Source of the DNA: a virus
DNA: 64,000 nucleotides
Virus record (IMG/VR): IMGVR_UViG_3300042453_004434
Coordinates: 68,699 to 132,698 of that record
Strand: one strand, 5' to 3'
Every line of letters starts with the position of its first letter. The first letter of the stretch is position 1. This document shows, piece after piece, positions 8,748-17,800 of this stretch. The position numbers and the translations under genes were made by a program. The notes under the pieces are model-generated. The model saw only the letters and a program-made list of their open reading frames with translations, was not told the DNA's origin and searched no databases.

Positions 8748-9704
8748 TTAATTATTTTTCCATTTTTGTTCTACTAGTATTTCATTTACAGTATTTTTAT
8801 CAGATTGATCCATATCAATTGATAATTTTGTTAAAAAGTCATTTAAACTAAATTCATCGCCGTCTTTTAGATCTTCTTTTACTTTGAATTCTTGAATGAC
8901 ATCAACTATTTTAGTTAATGTTGTTTTATATTTAACCATATCGTTAGTTTTAACGAGACTGCATAAACTAAAAGCTTGAGGCGTGAGTGTTTTAAATAAA
9001 CTAATTATAAATGAACCTATGATATTAAAAATGGAAAATGCAGCAGCAGCTATCGGATTAGTTGCTGAAGCGATTCTTAAAATTAAAAATATAATTGCAA
9101 ATATAACTATCCAAGTTAATGTTGTAAAAAAGAATTTTTTCAGTCCCCAAAATACAGCATTTAAACCCATAAGACCACTCATCGAATCTAGAGTGGTTTG
9201 TTTTTCGTCTGATTTTTTCGCCACTTCTTTAGATTGTGCGATTAATTTTTCTATTTGAGCGTCGTATTTTTTTTCTAATTCACTTTTTTGTGTTTGAAGC
9301 GCGGTTATTTCTTTATCTTTTTCTATTAGTATTTTTTCTCCTTTAGATCGTTCGTTGTCTATTTCGGAATTTAAATAATCAACTAGTTTGCGAATTCTTT
9401 CACTTTCTTTTAAATTCGGAGCACCGACTATTGCGACTACTCTATCGTTCATTCTGCCTGCTGTTATTACTTCAACAGAAGGATTCTGAACTTGATTTAA
9501 TGAGTAGCCTACTCCGTATGCATAAGCAGCGGTTTGTTTTAACTGTTCATTGGAATTATTTTGAATAGCTTTATCGATATCTAAAGCCTTTTTCTCTTCT
9601 TTTATAATAGCTGTTTGACTGACTGTATTAGCTTTAGTACCGCGAAGTACGGCGCATCCGCTTAAAATAATACAGCTTAAAGCTATATAAAAATACCTAT
9701 GCAC
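8748..9704 (-). CDS. Lipoprotein with coiled coil and C-terminal transmembrane helices (spanin-like architecture)
   Basis: Lipobox IILSG|C at residue 17, a long heptad region (EKDKEITALQTQKSELEKKYDAQIEKL), then two hydrophobic segments. Confidence 0.7.
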   Translation of the reverse strand: MHRYFYIALSCIILSGCAVLRGTKANTVSQTAIIKEEKKALDIDKAIQNNSNEQLKQTAAYAYGVGYSLNQVQNPSVEVITAGRMNDRVVAIVGAPNLKESERIRKLVDYLNSEIDNERSKGEKILIEKDKEITALQTQKSELEKKYDAQIEKLIAQSKEVAKKSDEKQTTLDSMSGLMGLNAVFWGLKKFFFTTLTWIVIFAIIFLILRIASATNPIAAAAFSIFNIIGSFIISLFKTLTPQAFSLCSLVKTNDMVKYKTTLTKIVDVIQEFKVKEDLKDGDEFSLNDFLTKLSIDMDQSDKNTVNEILVEQKWKNN

Positions 9705-9737
9705 ACAAACTTTTACACAAAAAAATAATAAAATAGA

Positions 9738-11027
9738 TTAAATAAATTCTCGATAATTTAGACCACCATATACTACTGAATTAGATGATCCCAATGGAGC
9801 ACAAGCTAATACTAATACATCTCTTAAACCTGTAATAGAAGAACCTAATTTTAATAATGATTTCAACGATTCAGCTGCTGTATCTGTTTTTGCTTGAGCA
9901 TAACCACCAGCTATAACATAACCTCCAGAAATATGAGTTTCATTTGGAGCAATAGCAAATTCTAGAGAAGAATTATTAGCTGTGGTATATGTTAGACCAT
10001 TTATGCCAGATGGGTTTAATATTAATTTCCACTCATAATTATCATTACTTGTTGTAATTAAAGAAACATCAAGTATATCAATTGTTGTTCCAATCCATCC
10101 TGTTTTTAATCGAGTTGCTAAAACGGCATTTACAAAATTTTTGGTTGCAGTAACAGAAATACCACCGGTTGAAACATACCCATTTGCAGCAACTTCTTCT
10201 CTTCCTCCTTCAGAAATTACAGTTGAACAAATACATTCAATAGATGAAGCAACACCATTTCCATTATTTTCTATCTGATATCTTAAAGGCAAATTAGGAG
10301 TTGACATGTATACAGAATCTTTATTATTTGCATTTAAAAATTCATGACAATAATAAGTTACTCCATCTACATTAAATCCTAATCTTACTCTGCCAACACC
10401 TAGCCATTCAAAATCTATAACTAATATTTGAGTTTTAGAAAAATCTAAATCAACTCCGCTAGGTCCATTACCTTGCATTTGATCAATATTCCAATTAGCT
10501 TGAGTCACTGTTGTATCAATAGCTGAACCTGTAACATATGATCGTAATACAAAACTAATAGTTGAACCAGATCTTTGTAAAAATATACCATTTTGATCAT
10601 CAAAGTACCCCATTCTTGTAGTAATTCCTGTTCCACCTCCAGTTCTTTTTAATATGCCAGTCATCATTACAAGCTGTGCTTTACCAGCTTGATAATTAAA
10701 ACGCATAAATGTTTGGCGAGTTCTTTTACCTGCTGTATTAGCACTAACGGATAAAGTTGAAGAAGCTCTATTTATATCGTATGTACTAGTAGTTCCTGAT
10801 CCACTTTCTTGTATATCGTCCCAATAAATTGATTGATTATCAAATATCTGTTTACTATTAAATATCATTTCAGGATTTGATACTCTTTGTCTGCCAAAAG
10901 CATCAATACCTGCTGGGCCGCCAGCAAAATCAAAATTTGTAAAAGGTCGATAAAACTCTCTTGTTTTATCGTAAATAAGAGTACAATTTACGTTTTGAGG
11001 CGCTTGAGTTGCGAATAATTCAGCCAT
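9738..11027 (-). CDS. Putative virion structural protein (beta-rich)
   Basis: DAFGRQRVSNPE...RFNYQAGK...DFEWLGVGRVRLG, a pattern I recall from aquatic phages; Ser/Thr/Gly-rich beta composition. Confidence 0.6.
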   Translation of the reverse strand: MAELFATQAPQNVNCTLIYDKTREFYRPFTNFDFAGGPAGIDAFGRQRVSNPEMIFNSKQIFDNQSIYWDDIQESGSGTTSTYDINRASSTLSVSANTAGKRTRQTFMRFNYQAGKAQLVMMTGILKRTGGGTGITTRMGYFDDQNGIFLQRSGSTISFVLRSYVTGSAIDTTVTQANWNIDQMQGNGPSGVDLDFSKTQILVIDFEWLGVGRVRLGFNVDGVTYYCHEFLNANNKDSVYMSTPNLPLRYQIENNGNGVASSIECICSTVISEGGREEVAANGYVSTGGISVTATKNFVNAVLATRLKTGWIGTTIDILDVSLITTSNDNYEWKLILNPSGINGLTYTTANNSSLEFAIAPNETHISGGYVIAGGYAQAKTDTAAESLKSLLKLGSSITGLRDVLVLACAPLGSSNSVVYGGLNYREFI

Positions 11028-11049
11028 AAATTTATTTACACTTTAAAAT

Positions 11050-11079
11050 AAAAAAAGACAAGAAATTAATCTTGTCTTT
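11050..11079 (-). terminator. Intrinsic terminator
   Basis: AAAGACAAGA-loop-TCTTGTCTTT hairpin with a T-run on the minus strand. Confidence 0.7.
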
Positions 11080-11108
11080 AATTCTTCACGTTTATTATAT
11101 TATTGAAA

Positions 11109-11567
11109 CTAAATTATTCCAGCTTCAGCATATGATATTTGCGCGATTTTATTATCTATCAAAATTTTTCTATTTTTCAGATGTTGAGGCTTAACTAATT
11201 CTTTATTTTCTCCATTGTATGCAACTGCAAAACTATTAGCGATTAACCAATCATTCAAACAGATTTTATTAGAATTATAAACACGGCCTAGAATTCTGCC
11301 AAATTTATCACCGTTATCTTTATCATACAAAGTCTGAATAATTAAATTTTCTTTATCGCTGTTTTTCATAAAATCTTCAACAGCTTTTCGGCTTAAATTT
11401 GCAAAAACTTTTTCTATTTTATCTTTTGATTTGCTTTCTGGAGTATCAAGACCAGATAATCTGATATTTTGATCTCTAAGCACAATGCTAAATCCTAGAT
11501 CTATATCTACAATTATTGTATCACCATCTATTACTTTTTTAAGTCTGGCTTTGTATTCGTAGGGCAT
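11109..11567 (-). CDS. Thermonuclease (staphylococcal nuclease-like)
   Basis: VIDGDTI, IRLSGLDTPE, DKFGRILG. Confidence 0.9.
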   Translation of the reverse strand: MPYEYKARLKKVIDGDTIIVDIDLGFSIVLRDQNIRLSGLDTPESKSKDKIEKVFANLSRKAVEDFMKNSDKENLIIQTLYDKDNGDKFGRILGRVYNSNKICLNDWLIANSFAVAYNGENKELVKPQHLKNRKILIDNKIAQISYAEAGII

Positions 11568-11662
11568 TCTTTATCCTTCTTTTTCCAGTTAATTGAATCG
11601 TAATTATTTTTAAAATCTTTACTGAAACAATTTCTTGGTTTACTTCCTTTTCCTGCGCTCAT
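11531..11662 (-). CDS. Small hypothetical protein (43 aa)
   Basis: Read manually: MSAGKGSKPRNCFSKDFKNNYDSINW..., a small-ORF pattern I recall from phages. Confidence 0.55.
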   Translation of the reverse strand: MSAGKGSKPRNCFSKDFKNNYDSINWKKKDKECPTNTKPDLKK

Positions 11663-11813
11663 TTATATCCTCCATTATTTGTTTTCTTTTATCTTCAGAA
11701 TAGAAAGACCAGTTCGTTATTTCTTGTCTCGTTCTTTGACAAGCATAACAAACATCATTTAATAATTTACAAACTCTTACGCACGGAGTTGATATCTTAG
11801 CAGCAGTGTCCAT
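11640..11813 (-). CDS. DUF1289-family Cys-rich small protein (57 aa)
   Basis: Read manually: STPCVRVCKLLNDVCYACQRTRQEITNW...S..KRKQIM. Confidence 0.7.
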   Translation of the reverse strand: MDTAAKISTPCVRVCKLLNDVCYACQRTRQEITNWSFYSEDKRKQIMEDINERRKRK

Positions 11814-12000
11814 GTTTATCGGTTACATGATTTAATTGATATTTTGTATCTGTAACATTATACAATTTAGTATAACATTTTTGTACAAGTTGATCGATTT
11901 CTTTAACGAGAAATGCAGTTTTTTGATCTGGATTTACATTATAGATATCGTCAGATAGTTCTTGAACGATTTTTTTAATTTCTTCTAATTTATTTTGCAT
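11797..12000 (-). CDS. Hypothetical protein
   Basis: Start trimmed to MQNKLEE because the longer ORF overlaps the tRNA. Confidence 0.55.
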   Translation of the reverse strand: MQNKLEEIKKIVQELSDDIYNVNPDQKTAFLVKEIDQLVQKCYTKLYNVTDTKYQLNHVTDKHGHCC

Positions 12001-12006
12001 TGAAAG

Positions 12007-12080
12007 TGGCTGCCCGAACTGGATTTGAACCAATACAAAAGCATCCAAAGTGCTCTGTGCTACCGTTACACCATCGGGCA
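12007..12080 (-). tRNA. tRNA-Gln (anticodon UUG)
   Basis: TGCCCGA-TGGTGTAACGGTAGCAC-A-GAGCA CTTTGGA TGCTT-...-GGTTCAAATCC-AG-TTCGGGCA-G-CCA. Full cloverleaf with a U1-A72 pair and an encoded CCA. Confidence 0.95.
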
Positions 12081-12087
12081 GTTAAAA

Positions 12088-12369
12088 TTATTTAAGTTTT
12101 TCTATTTCAAAGCATCCAAAACCTGCTTGATGCTCAAATGTCAATAAACCATATCTTTTACTTTTTGGATTTAAACAAACGCCAAAATCCATATCAGCTC
12201 CATCATACTTATTATTATATAATGGATTGAAAAATTTACAACCACAACTGCAATCTAAATAATTATTATCTGGATCGGCCCAGCGAGTTATTTTACCGCC
12301 ATAATCCACATAATCAGTATCTAGCGTTTTACACGCATCTAAAAGAAGGTTATCTTTCTTTGATTTCAT
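12088..12369 (-). CDS. Hypothetical Cys-rich protein
   Basis: DCSCGCKFF...FGVCLNP...FEHQAGFGC, a possible metal-binding pattern. Confidence 0.65.
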   Translation of the reverse strand: MKSKKDNLLLDACKTLDTDYVDYGGKITRWADPDNNYLDCSCGCKFFNPLYNNKYDGADMDFGVCLNPKSKRYGLLTFEHQAGFGCFEIEKLK

Positions 12370-13312
12370 AAATTCCCCTTCCTATAAATTCACTCAAACT
12401 TTGATAGCCTGAATAAGAAACAGCAGAAGAAATCGCGCTCCACAATTCATCAATTTTATTTTTAAGAGGTTCAATCTGTGTTTGATCAATGTTGTAAGTT
12501 CTGCCTTCAGCATGGTCTCTCTTCTTACCGCTTAACTCTAATTGTTTTTTACTCGCTGAACCCCAGAATTGATAAACACCATCAATTACATTTTGCGCTT
12601 CATTTGTTTTAGCGAAATAACCGCCCATCATAACATAGTCAGCACCCGCACCAAAAGCTTTAGCTGCGTCGCCACCATTTTTAATTCCGCCATCTGCAAT
12701 TATATTATTAGAATTAACTCTATCATTATAACATTCACTAATTTCAGTAATTTGACCTCTTGTGTAGCCTGTTTGATCTTTAGTCGTGCAACCGGATCCT
12801 TGACCAATTCCAACTCTTACCCAAACATTATCATAATTTTTATATAAATTAAGACCCTGTTCAGTATGTATATTTCCAACCATTATTGAAGTTTCAGAAC
12901 CTTTATAATCATAATTTAAACATTTAATCATTGAATCGACAGAACTCAAATATCCATTAGCAATATCAATAATAAAATTTCTTGCGCCATTTTGATATAA
13001 AGCTTCAAAAGCAGAATAGTCATTTAACGCAACAGAACACCAAATTTTATTCCCTTTGCTAAAATCGTTGCTTTCATTTACATATTCGAACGTTTCAATT
13101 AATTCATCAATTTTGCAGAATCTATGAAGCGCAACAGAAACGCCATAATTACAAGCAGTTCTAGCAAATGTTTTTCCAACAACAGCCTGCATTGGCGAAA
13201 CAATAATTCTGTGAAGTTCACGTTCAATATGTGATCTAGATATTATTTCTGAAGGTTGCGCAATTAAATTTACGTCATCATAATAAACAGATTTACTTTT
13301 TAGAATTTTCAT
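12350..13312 (-). CDS. guaC: GMP reductase (IMPDH/GMPR family, no CBS domains)
   Basis: YDDVNLI, IDIANG, RVGIGQGSGCTT (catalytic Cys), IIADGGI, VMMGG, AEG; the short length fits GuaC. Confidence 0.8.
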   Translation of the reverse strand: MKILKSKSVYYDDVNLIAQPSEIISRSHIERELHRIIVSPMQAVVGKTFARTACNYGVSVALHRFCKIDELIETFEYVNESNDFSKGNKIWCSVALNDYSAFEALYQNGARNFIIDIANGYLSSVDSMIKCLNYDYKGSETSIMVGNIHTEQGLNLYKNYDNVWVRVGIGQGSGCTTKDQTGYTRGQITEISECYNDRVNSNNIIADGGIKNGGDAAKAFGAGADYVMMGGYFAKTNEAQNVIDGVYQFWGSASKKQLELSGKKRDHAEGRTYNIDQTQIEPLKNKIDELWSAISSAVSYSGYQSLSEFIGRGIYEIKER

Positions 13313-13571
13313 TCTTTTTGTTTTTTACTTTTAGTCCGTAATTTAAATTTAACCATGAAGTTTCAATATAAGCTTTATCTTTTGTAAGTTTAAGCTTGTC
13401 TTTCATATACTTAAGAGTCCAATTCTTCCATTTTTCGTTTTGTTCTGGAGTGCAAGTCAATTTTCTATACCATTCAGGCATCTGATTATTACAAACATCT
13501 TCATATTTTAAATCAATACCAGCAATCTTAAATTGCTTATCTATAATTTTTTTAATATGTTTTGCGTTCAT
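13293..13571 (-). CDS. Hypothetical protein
   Basis: 92-aa ORF overlapping both neighbours. Confidence 0.65.
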   Translation of the reverse strand: MNAKHIKKIIDKQFKIAGIDLKYEDVCNNQMPEWYRKLTCTPEQNEKWKNWTLKYMKDKLKLTKDKAYIETSWLNLNYGLKVKNKKNENSKK

Positions 13572-14008
13572 ACTCCGGTGCTGCCGAATCCTTTCTGTTC
13601 TCTTTTAGTCTGATCTAGATTTTCTTCCGAATCCCAATGAACATTATGACATTTTTCTATAATGATTTGAGCTATTCTATCACCAGCTTTTACTTGAAAC
13701 TCATTTGTTGTGCTTGTGTTAAATAAAATAACACCTATATCACCGCGATAATCTGAATCAATAACACCAGCCAAAACATCAATTCCATTTTTATAAGCTA
13801 ATCCTGATCGTGGAGCAATTCGTCCATAATAACCTTCAGGAATCGCAATTGATATATTTGTCTTAATTAATGCTCGGCTCAAGCTATAAACAACTGCATT
13901 TTCAGCTGCATAAAGATCATATCCAGCAGCTTCAGTACTGCCTTGACTAGGAATAGTGGCTTTATTAGAAAGCTTCTTAATAGGAATTGAAATATATTGC
14001 TTATACAT
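13568..14008 (-). CDS. dut: dUTPase (trimeric)
   Basis: AGYDL, IAPRSGL, GVIDSDYRG, GDRIAQ, GFGSTG. Confidence 0.97.
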   Translation of the reverse strand: MYKQYISIPIKKLSNKATIPSQGSTEAAGYDLYAAENAVVYSLSRALIKTNISIAIPEGYYGRIAPRSGLAYKNGIDVLAGVIDSDYRGDIGVILFNTSTTNEFQVKAGDRIAQIIIEKCHNVHWDSEENLDQTKREQKGFGSTGV

Positions 14009-14014
14009 TTTATA

Positions 14015-14764
14015 TTATTTATCTTTAATAATAGACATTAAAATTCTAGCTTCTTTTGCAGGAATATCGCTGTATGAAGTCCAAACTTTTGTTTCTTCGT
14101 TACGATAAACATTCAGCTTCCAAGCTTTTCTCAAATAATCTTGAAACTCTTCAAAGCTAGATAGACCATGAGCTTTTGCTGTTTTTTCTAGCATGTTCTG
14201 AGACGAAGGTAAAGCTGTTTCACTTTCTTCTTCGAATAGTGCTGGAGTTCCTTTTTTAGACGAATCAATTTCGTCGCTACCAACAATATGAATGTTAAGA
14301 AAGTTTCTTACAGCCCTAATGAATGCGCGATTAGCTGCAATCGTCTCCAGAAATTTGACAGCAAAATCCGTAGTGTTATTGACCGTAGCATTTGCCACAT
14401 CTTCATAATAGCTTTCATATTGGCTTTCATAATTTGGAATCCAAGTTATACCACATTTGACTGCAACATAACTAGATTCACACTTAATAATATCATACTT
14501 AACTGATTTGTAACCACGAAGCTTTGCTACTTCTTTAATTCCGGCCAACTTAATTAACAGTTGATGATCGCCTAATCCTTCAATATTATTTGGTACTACT
14601 TGCTTTCTTGTTTCAAACCATCCTTTATTAGGAAATAAATGATCAGGCTTAACCATAGCTCTCCAATTAATAGAGCCATCTTCATTATTAATATAATTAA
14701 TGCCTTCAATTAATCCCCAAGCATTACGCTGTTGAGGAATTGGAACTTGATTCTTCTCTTTCAT
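14015..14764 (-). CDS. Hypothetical protein, possible Rad52/Erf-like ssDNA-annealing fold
   Basis: Beta-strands followed by the helix ETIAANRAFIRAVRNFLNI resemble Rad52/Sak-type cores; weak call. Confidence 0.45.
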   Translation of the reverse strand: MKEKNQVPIPQQRNAWGLIEGINYINNEDGSINWRAMVKPDHLFPNKGWFETRKQVVPNNIEGLGDHQLLIKLAGIKEVAKLRGYKSVKYDIIKCESSYVAVKCGITWIPNYESQYESYYEDVANATVNNTTDFAVKFLETIAANRAFIRAVRNFLNIHIVGSDEIDSSKKGTPALFEEESETALPSSQNMLEKTAKAHGLSSFEEFQDYLRKAWKLNVYRNEETKVWTSYSDIPAKEARILMSIIKDK

Positions 14765-15917
14765 TATATATTTTAAAATAATCTAACTCTTCTTCAAACG
14801 TTTCAGAGAAGATAACAGTTTCTTGAGTTTTGTCAAGAAATTTGTTTTGCAATTGATTAGCTCGACAAGAAAATTGTTTACCTTTTGAAATTAATACTTT
14901 TGAACTAATAAAAAAAGATTTTTCATTTATATTTGAAAAGTCTTTAAGTTTTAATTCTGTTTTAAAATCTTTTTCGATATTCCAATCAAAAAATTTATAT
15001 TGATAATTTTTGATCTTTTCAGGTTCTCGACAATGAAGCCTGACGCGAAAACCATTTTGTTTGCACTGTTTTAAAAATGTCTCATCAATATTATCTGACA
15101 TAATAACTGTTATCATAATAATATTATTTTTAAATGGCAACAATGATTTGATATTTAAATTTTTATTTGTTAAAATATTTACTTTTCTATTGCTTAACCA
15201 ATAATAAAATACATTTTGATTTAAATCGTCTATGTAATCTAATCTTAAATTGATTGAAGCGCCTTTTAATACTTCTGCGGAAGCTGTAAAATCCGGTATC
15301 ACTTCAATAATTCTTTGATTGAAATTTTTTCCAAGATGAACTAATTCAAATTTATCTAAATCATTTTTTATGTTTAAGGTATTTAAAATATTTCTAGCAA
15401 TTTGATATGGATCTATTAGATTAAGTGTTTTGGGGCTTTCTGCTAATTGACCATAACTAGGTAAATTATCATCTCTTGAAGATTCTAAAACGATTTGCGA
15501 ATCTCTGTTCCAGATGGGTTGAGTATTTTTAGGATTATTAATAGAATATAATCCTATTGATTTAGTATTTAGTATTGAAGCAAAATATAAACTATAATTT
15601 TCGTTAGAAATAATTAACTTAGCTTTTGATATTAGATAAGCTTCTTGCTTCTTATTTATTGTTACAAAACATTTATCGCAAGGCAAACGAGGAGAGTTTT
15701 CATTTGCTATTTGAAATGTTTCAATATTATTTTGTTTTAAATATGCGCGAATAATATCATATACATCGCCAAAATAATCATATGTGCCGTGAGAATATTT
15801 ACTTCTTGTATCAAAAATTATAAAGTCATGATTTTTCAAAGGCATGAATAGCCTGTCTATATAAGGTTTTCCAACTTTAACTCCACAATCTAAAGCTATT
15901 TTATCTACTAAATTCAT
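14724..15917 (-). CDS. GT9 (heptosyltransferase-like) C-terminal domain protein, divergent
   Basis: QEAYLISKAKLIISNENYSLYFASILNTKSIGLY resembles the GT9 C-domain motif; an unknown domain follows. Confidence 0.55.
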   Translation of the reverse strand: MNLVDKIALDCGVKVGKPYIDRLFMPLKNHDFIIFDTRSKYSHGTYDYFGDVYDIIRAYLKQNNIETFQIANENSPRLPCDKCFVTINKKQEAYLISKAKLIISNENYSLYFASILNTKSIGLYSINNPKNTQPIWNRDSQIVLESSRDDNLPSYGQLAESPKTLNLIDPYQIARNILNTLNIKNDLDKFELVHLGKNFNQRIIEVIPDFTASAEVLKGASINLRLDYIDDLNQNVFYYWLSNRKVNILTNKNLNIKSLLPFKNNIIMITVIMSDNIDETFLKQCKQNGFRVRLHCREPEKIKNYQYKFFDWNIEKDFKTELKLKDFSNINEKSFFISSKVLISKGKQFSCRANQLQNKFLDKTQETVIFSETFEEELDYFKIYNEREESSSNSSTA

Positions 15918-17800
15918 GTTGTTTGATACTCTAAAATATCTTGAGCGTTTCTAAAATAATTGTTTCTAATTGATAAATATGGAGCAAATACAATATCGAA
16001 ATATTTATTTAAATTGCCTTTTCCTTCTAGATAAAGAGGATCATCTAATTTATTAAAATATGATAGTGTTTTATAAACATTTGGATGTGAATTTATTAAA
16101 TCAAAATTCTCGCTTTTTGTAAAGAAATAAATTTTATGGTCAGGATAAACTTTTTGAATAGAAGGAAGAATTGATGTAGCGATCAAGACTTCTTCAGCTC
16201 CATCAGGTTGAATATAAGCAATTTTCTTAAGACTTTTGTCTTCATTTAGAATTTTGAGCATTTTCTCAAATTCAGCTTTTTGTATTTCTGATAACGCAAC
16301 TTTTCTAAAATAAGTTAATACATCTTGCCGTTTTAAATCAGTCTTCAAGCGTTGCATCCAATGAATAACGCCAGATGAATCTTTTCGTTTTAAAAGGTTT
16401 TCATACAACGACTCAATCCATTCTTTATCGTTTAATGAGTTGTCGGGTTCAAAATATGCATTTGGAGTCATATCCGCTTTCTCATAATCAAATTCAACTT
16501 CAGGAAATGAATCAAATAAATCTTCAAAATATTTTCCTACGATTTCAATACTATATTTATTGATTACATAGTTACGTGATTTTTTACCAAGTAATACTTT
16601 TTCATCAAAAGCCATTTCGTATACCATTTTTAATTTTTCATTAATGCTTGTAGGTAATGTTGAAGCTTTAATAAATTGAGTACCGGGTTCTCGGTATTCA
16701 GCCCAGTCTAAAGCAAAGCCGCCGCTTTCAGAGCTACAAGAATCTTCACCACAACTATAATTAGTTACTAACGTTATCAGTTCAGTAAGTTTTGCTTCTT
16801 GAATAGGTATTTCTTGTCCACCGCTTGTAAAAGGATGGCAATAAACATCCATTAAGTTATAAATCTCATTCAACTGTTGTTCATTTACGCCACTTTTAAT
16901 ATTTGTTGTTTCGCATGAATTAGGATGTTGACAATAATCGCATTTTAAAATCTGCCCTTGAAATGGCTTGATATGATAATTGTAACAGTTTTTGCAATAA
17001 TAAGTTGTAAGTACTTTATTAAGAGGAATATCTTTTTCTTTTAATAATCTATGAATATCCCAGCCTTCGTTCCAAAATGTATGCAATAATAATTTAGCGT
17101 TAACAGATGGATTTGCTTCATCAAACATTTTGAATCCATCAAGCAAATTAGGAACTGATTTTCTTAATTGATTTCTAAATACAAATCCAATAATGAAACT
17201 TTTTTCTAGATTAAAATGTTTTCTAAGTCTTGAACGAGCATCGTCTGGAAGTCTATAGAAATTATTAACATCTAGCGTTCCATGTACTGTTTTAACATGT
17301 GTATGACCTAATTTGTGTAAAGCTTTTTCTGCAAAACTTGCCCATACAAAATAATTTTTTATTTTAGACGCGGCATTTACAGCATCTGGCAAAATAGGTA
17401 AACTATCTAGTGTTGTATGTATAATACAATGAATCTTATTCCACCAAGGCTTTTCAAAAAATCCATTAAATCCCCAAATATCTTCTATGCCTAAATAAAT
17501 ATCAGGTTTTAATTCATAAATAGCTCGATCAATCATTTCACCGCCATAACCAGCAGTTGATTTTTTTCTTTCGTCGTTAGCTATTTCTTTTTGATGTTCA
17601 GGATCATCAGGCAAAGATCCATAGCTTTTCCAAGGAGTATACTGCAACTCATCAGAAGACCACGGATAACCATTACTGAATTCAATGATTTCGTATTTAC
17701 CTGTGTTATACAAATATTTTAACAAATTTTTCTTATGCTTACCGAATCCGGTAAACATTTTGCAATGATTACTATGAATAAGAATTCTCTTTTTACGCAT
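15914..17800 (-). CDS. Multidomain glycosyltransferase (GT4 with Zn-ribbon insert, plus C-terminal GT9 N-domain)
   Basis: TGFG, FRNQLRK, CKNC...CDYC insert, EIYNLMDVYCHPFTSGGQEIPIQEA; C-terminal EEVLIATSILPSIQKVYPDHKIYFFTK...HPNV. Confidence 0.8.
   Translation of the reverse strand: MRKKRILIHSNHCKMFTGFGKHKKNLLKYLYNTGKYEIIEFSNGYPWSSDELQYTPWKSYGSLPDDPEHQKEIANDERKKSTAGYGGEMIDRAIYELKPDIYLGIEDIWGFNGFFEKPWWNKIHCIIHTTLDSLPILPDAVNAASKIKNYFVWASFAEKALHKLGHTHVKTVHGTLDVNNFYRLPDDARSRLRKHFNLEKSFIIGFVFRNQLRKSVPNLLDGFKMFDEANPSVNAKLLLHTFWNEGWDIHRLLKEKDIPLNKVLTTYYCKNCYNYHIKPFQGQILKCDYCQHPNSCETTNIKSGVNEQQLNEIYNLMDVYCHPFTSGGQEIPIQEAKLTELITLVTNYSCGEDSCSSESGGFALDWAEYREPGTQFIKASTLPTSINEKLKMVYEMAFDEKVLLGKKSRNYVINKYSIEIVGKYFEDLFDSFPEVEFDYEKADMTPNAYFEPDNSLNDKEWIESLYENLLKRKDSSGVIHWMQRLKTDLKRQDVLTYFRKVALSEIQKAEFEKMLKILNEDKSLKKIAYIQPDGAEEVLIATSILPSIQKVYPDHKIYFFTKSENFDLINSHPNVYKTLSYFNKLDDPLYLEGKGNLNKYFDIVFAPYLSIRNNYFRNAQDILEYQTT

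Noticed and set aside
12001-12048. N-terminal extension of the 83-aa ORF (MDAFVLVQIQFGQPLS)
   Set aside because: It overlaps a complete tRNA-Gln; the ATG at 12000 is the more plausible start.
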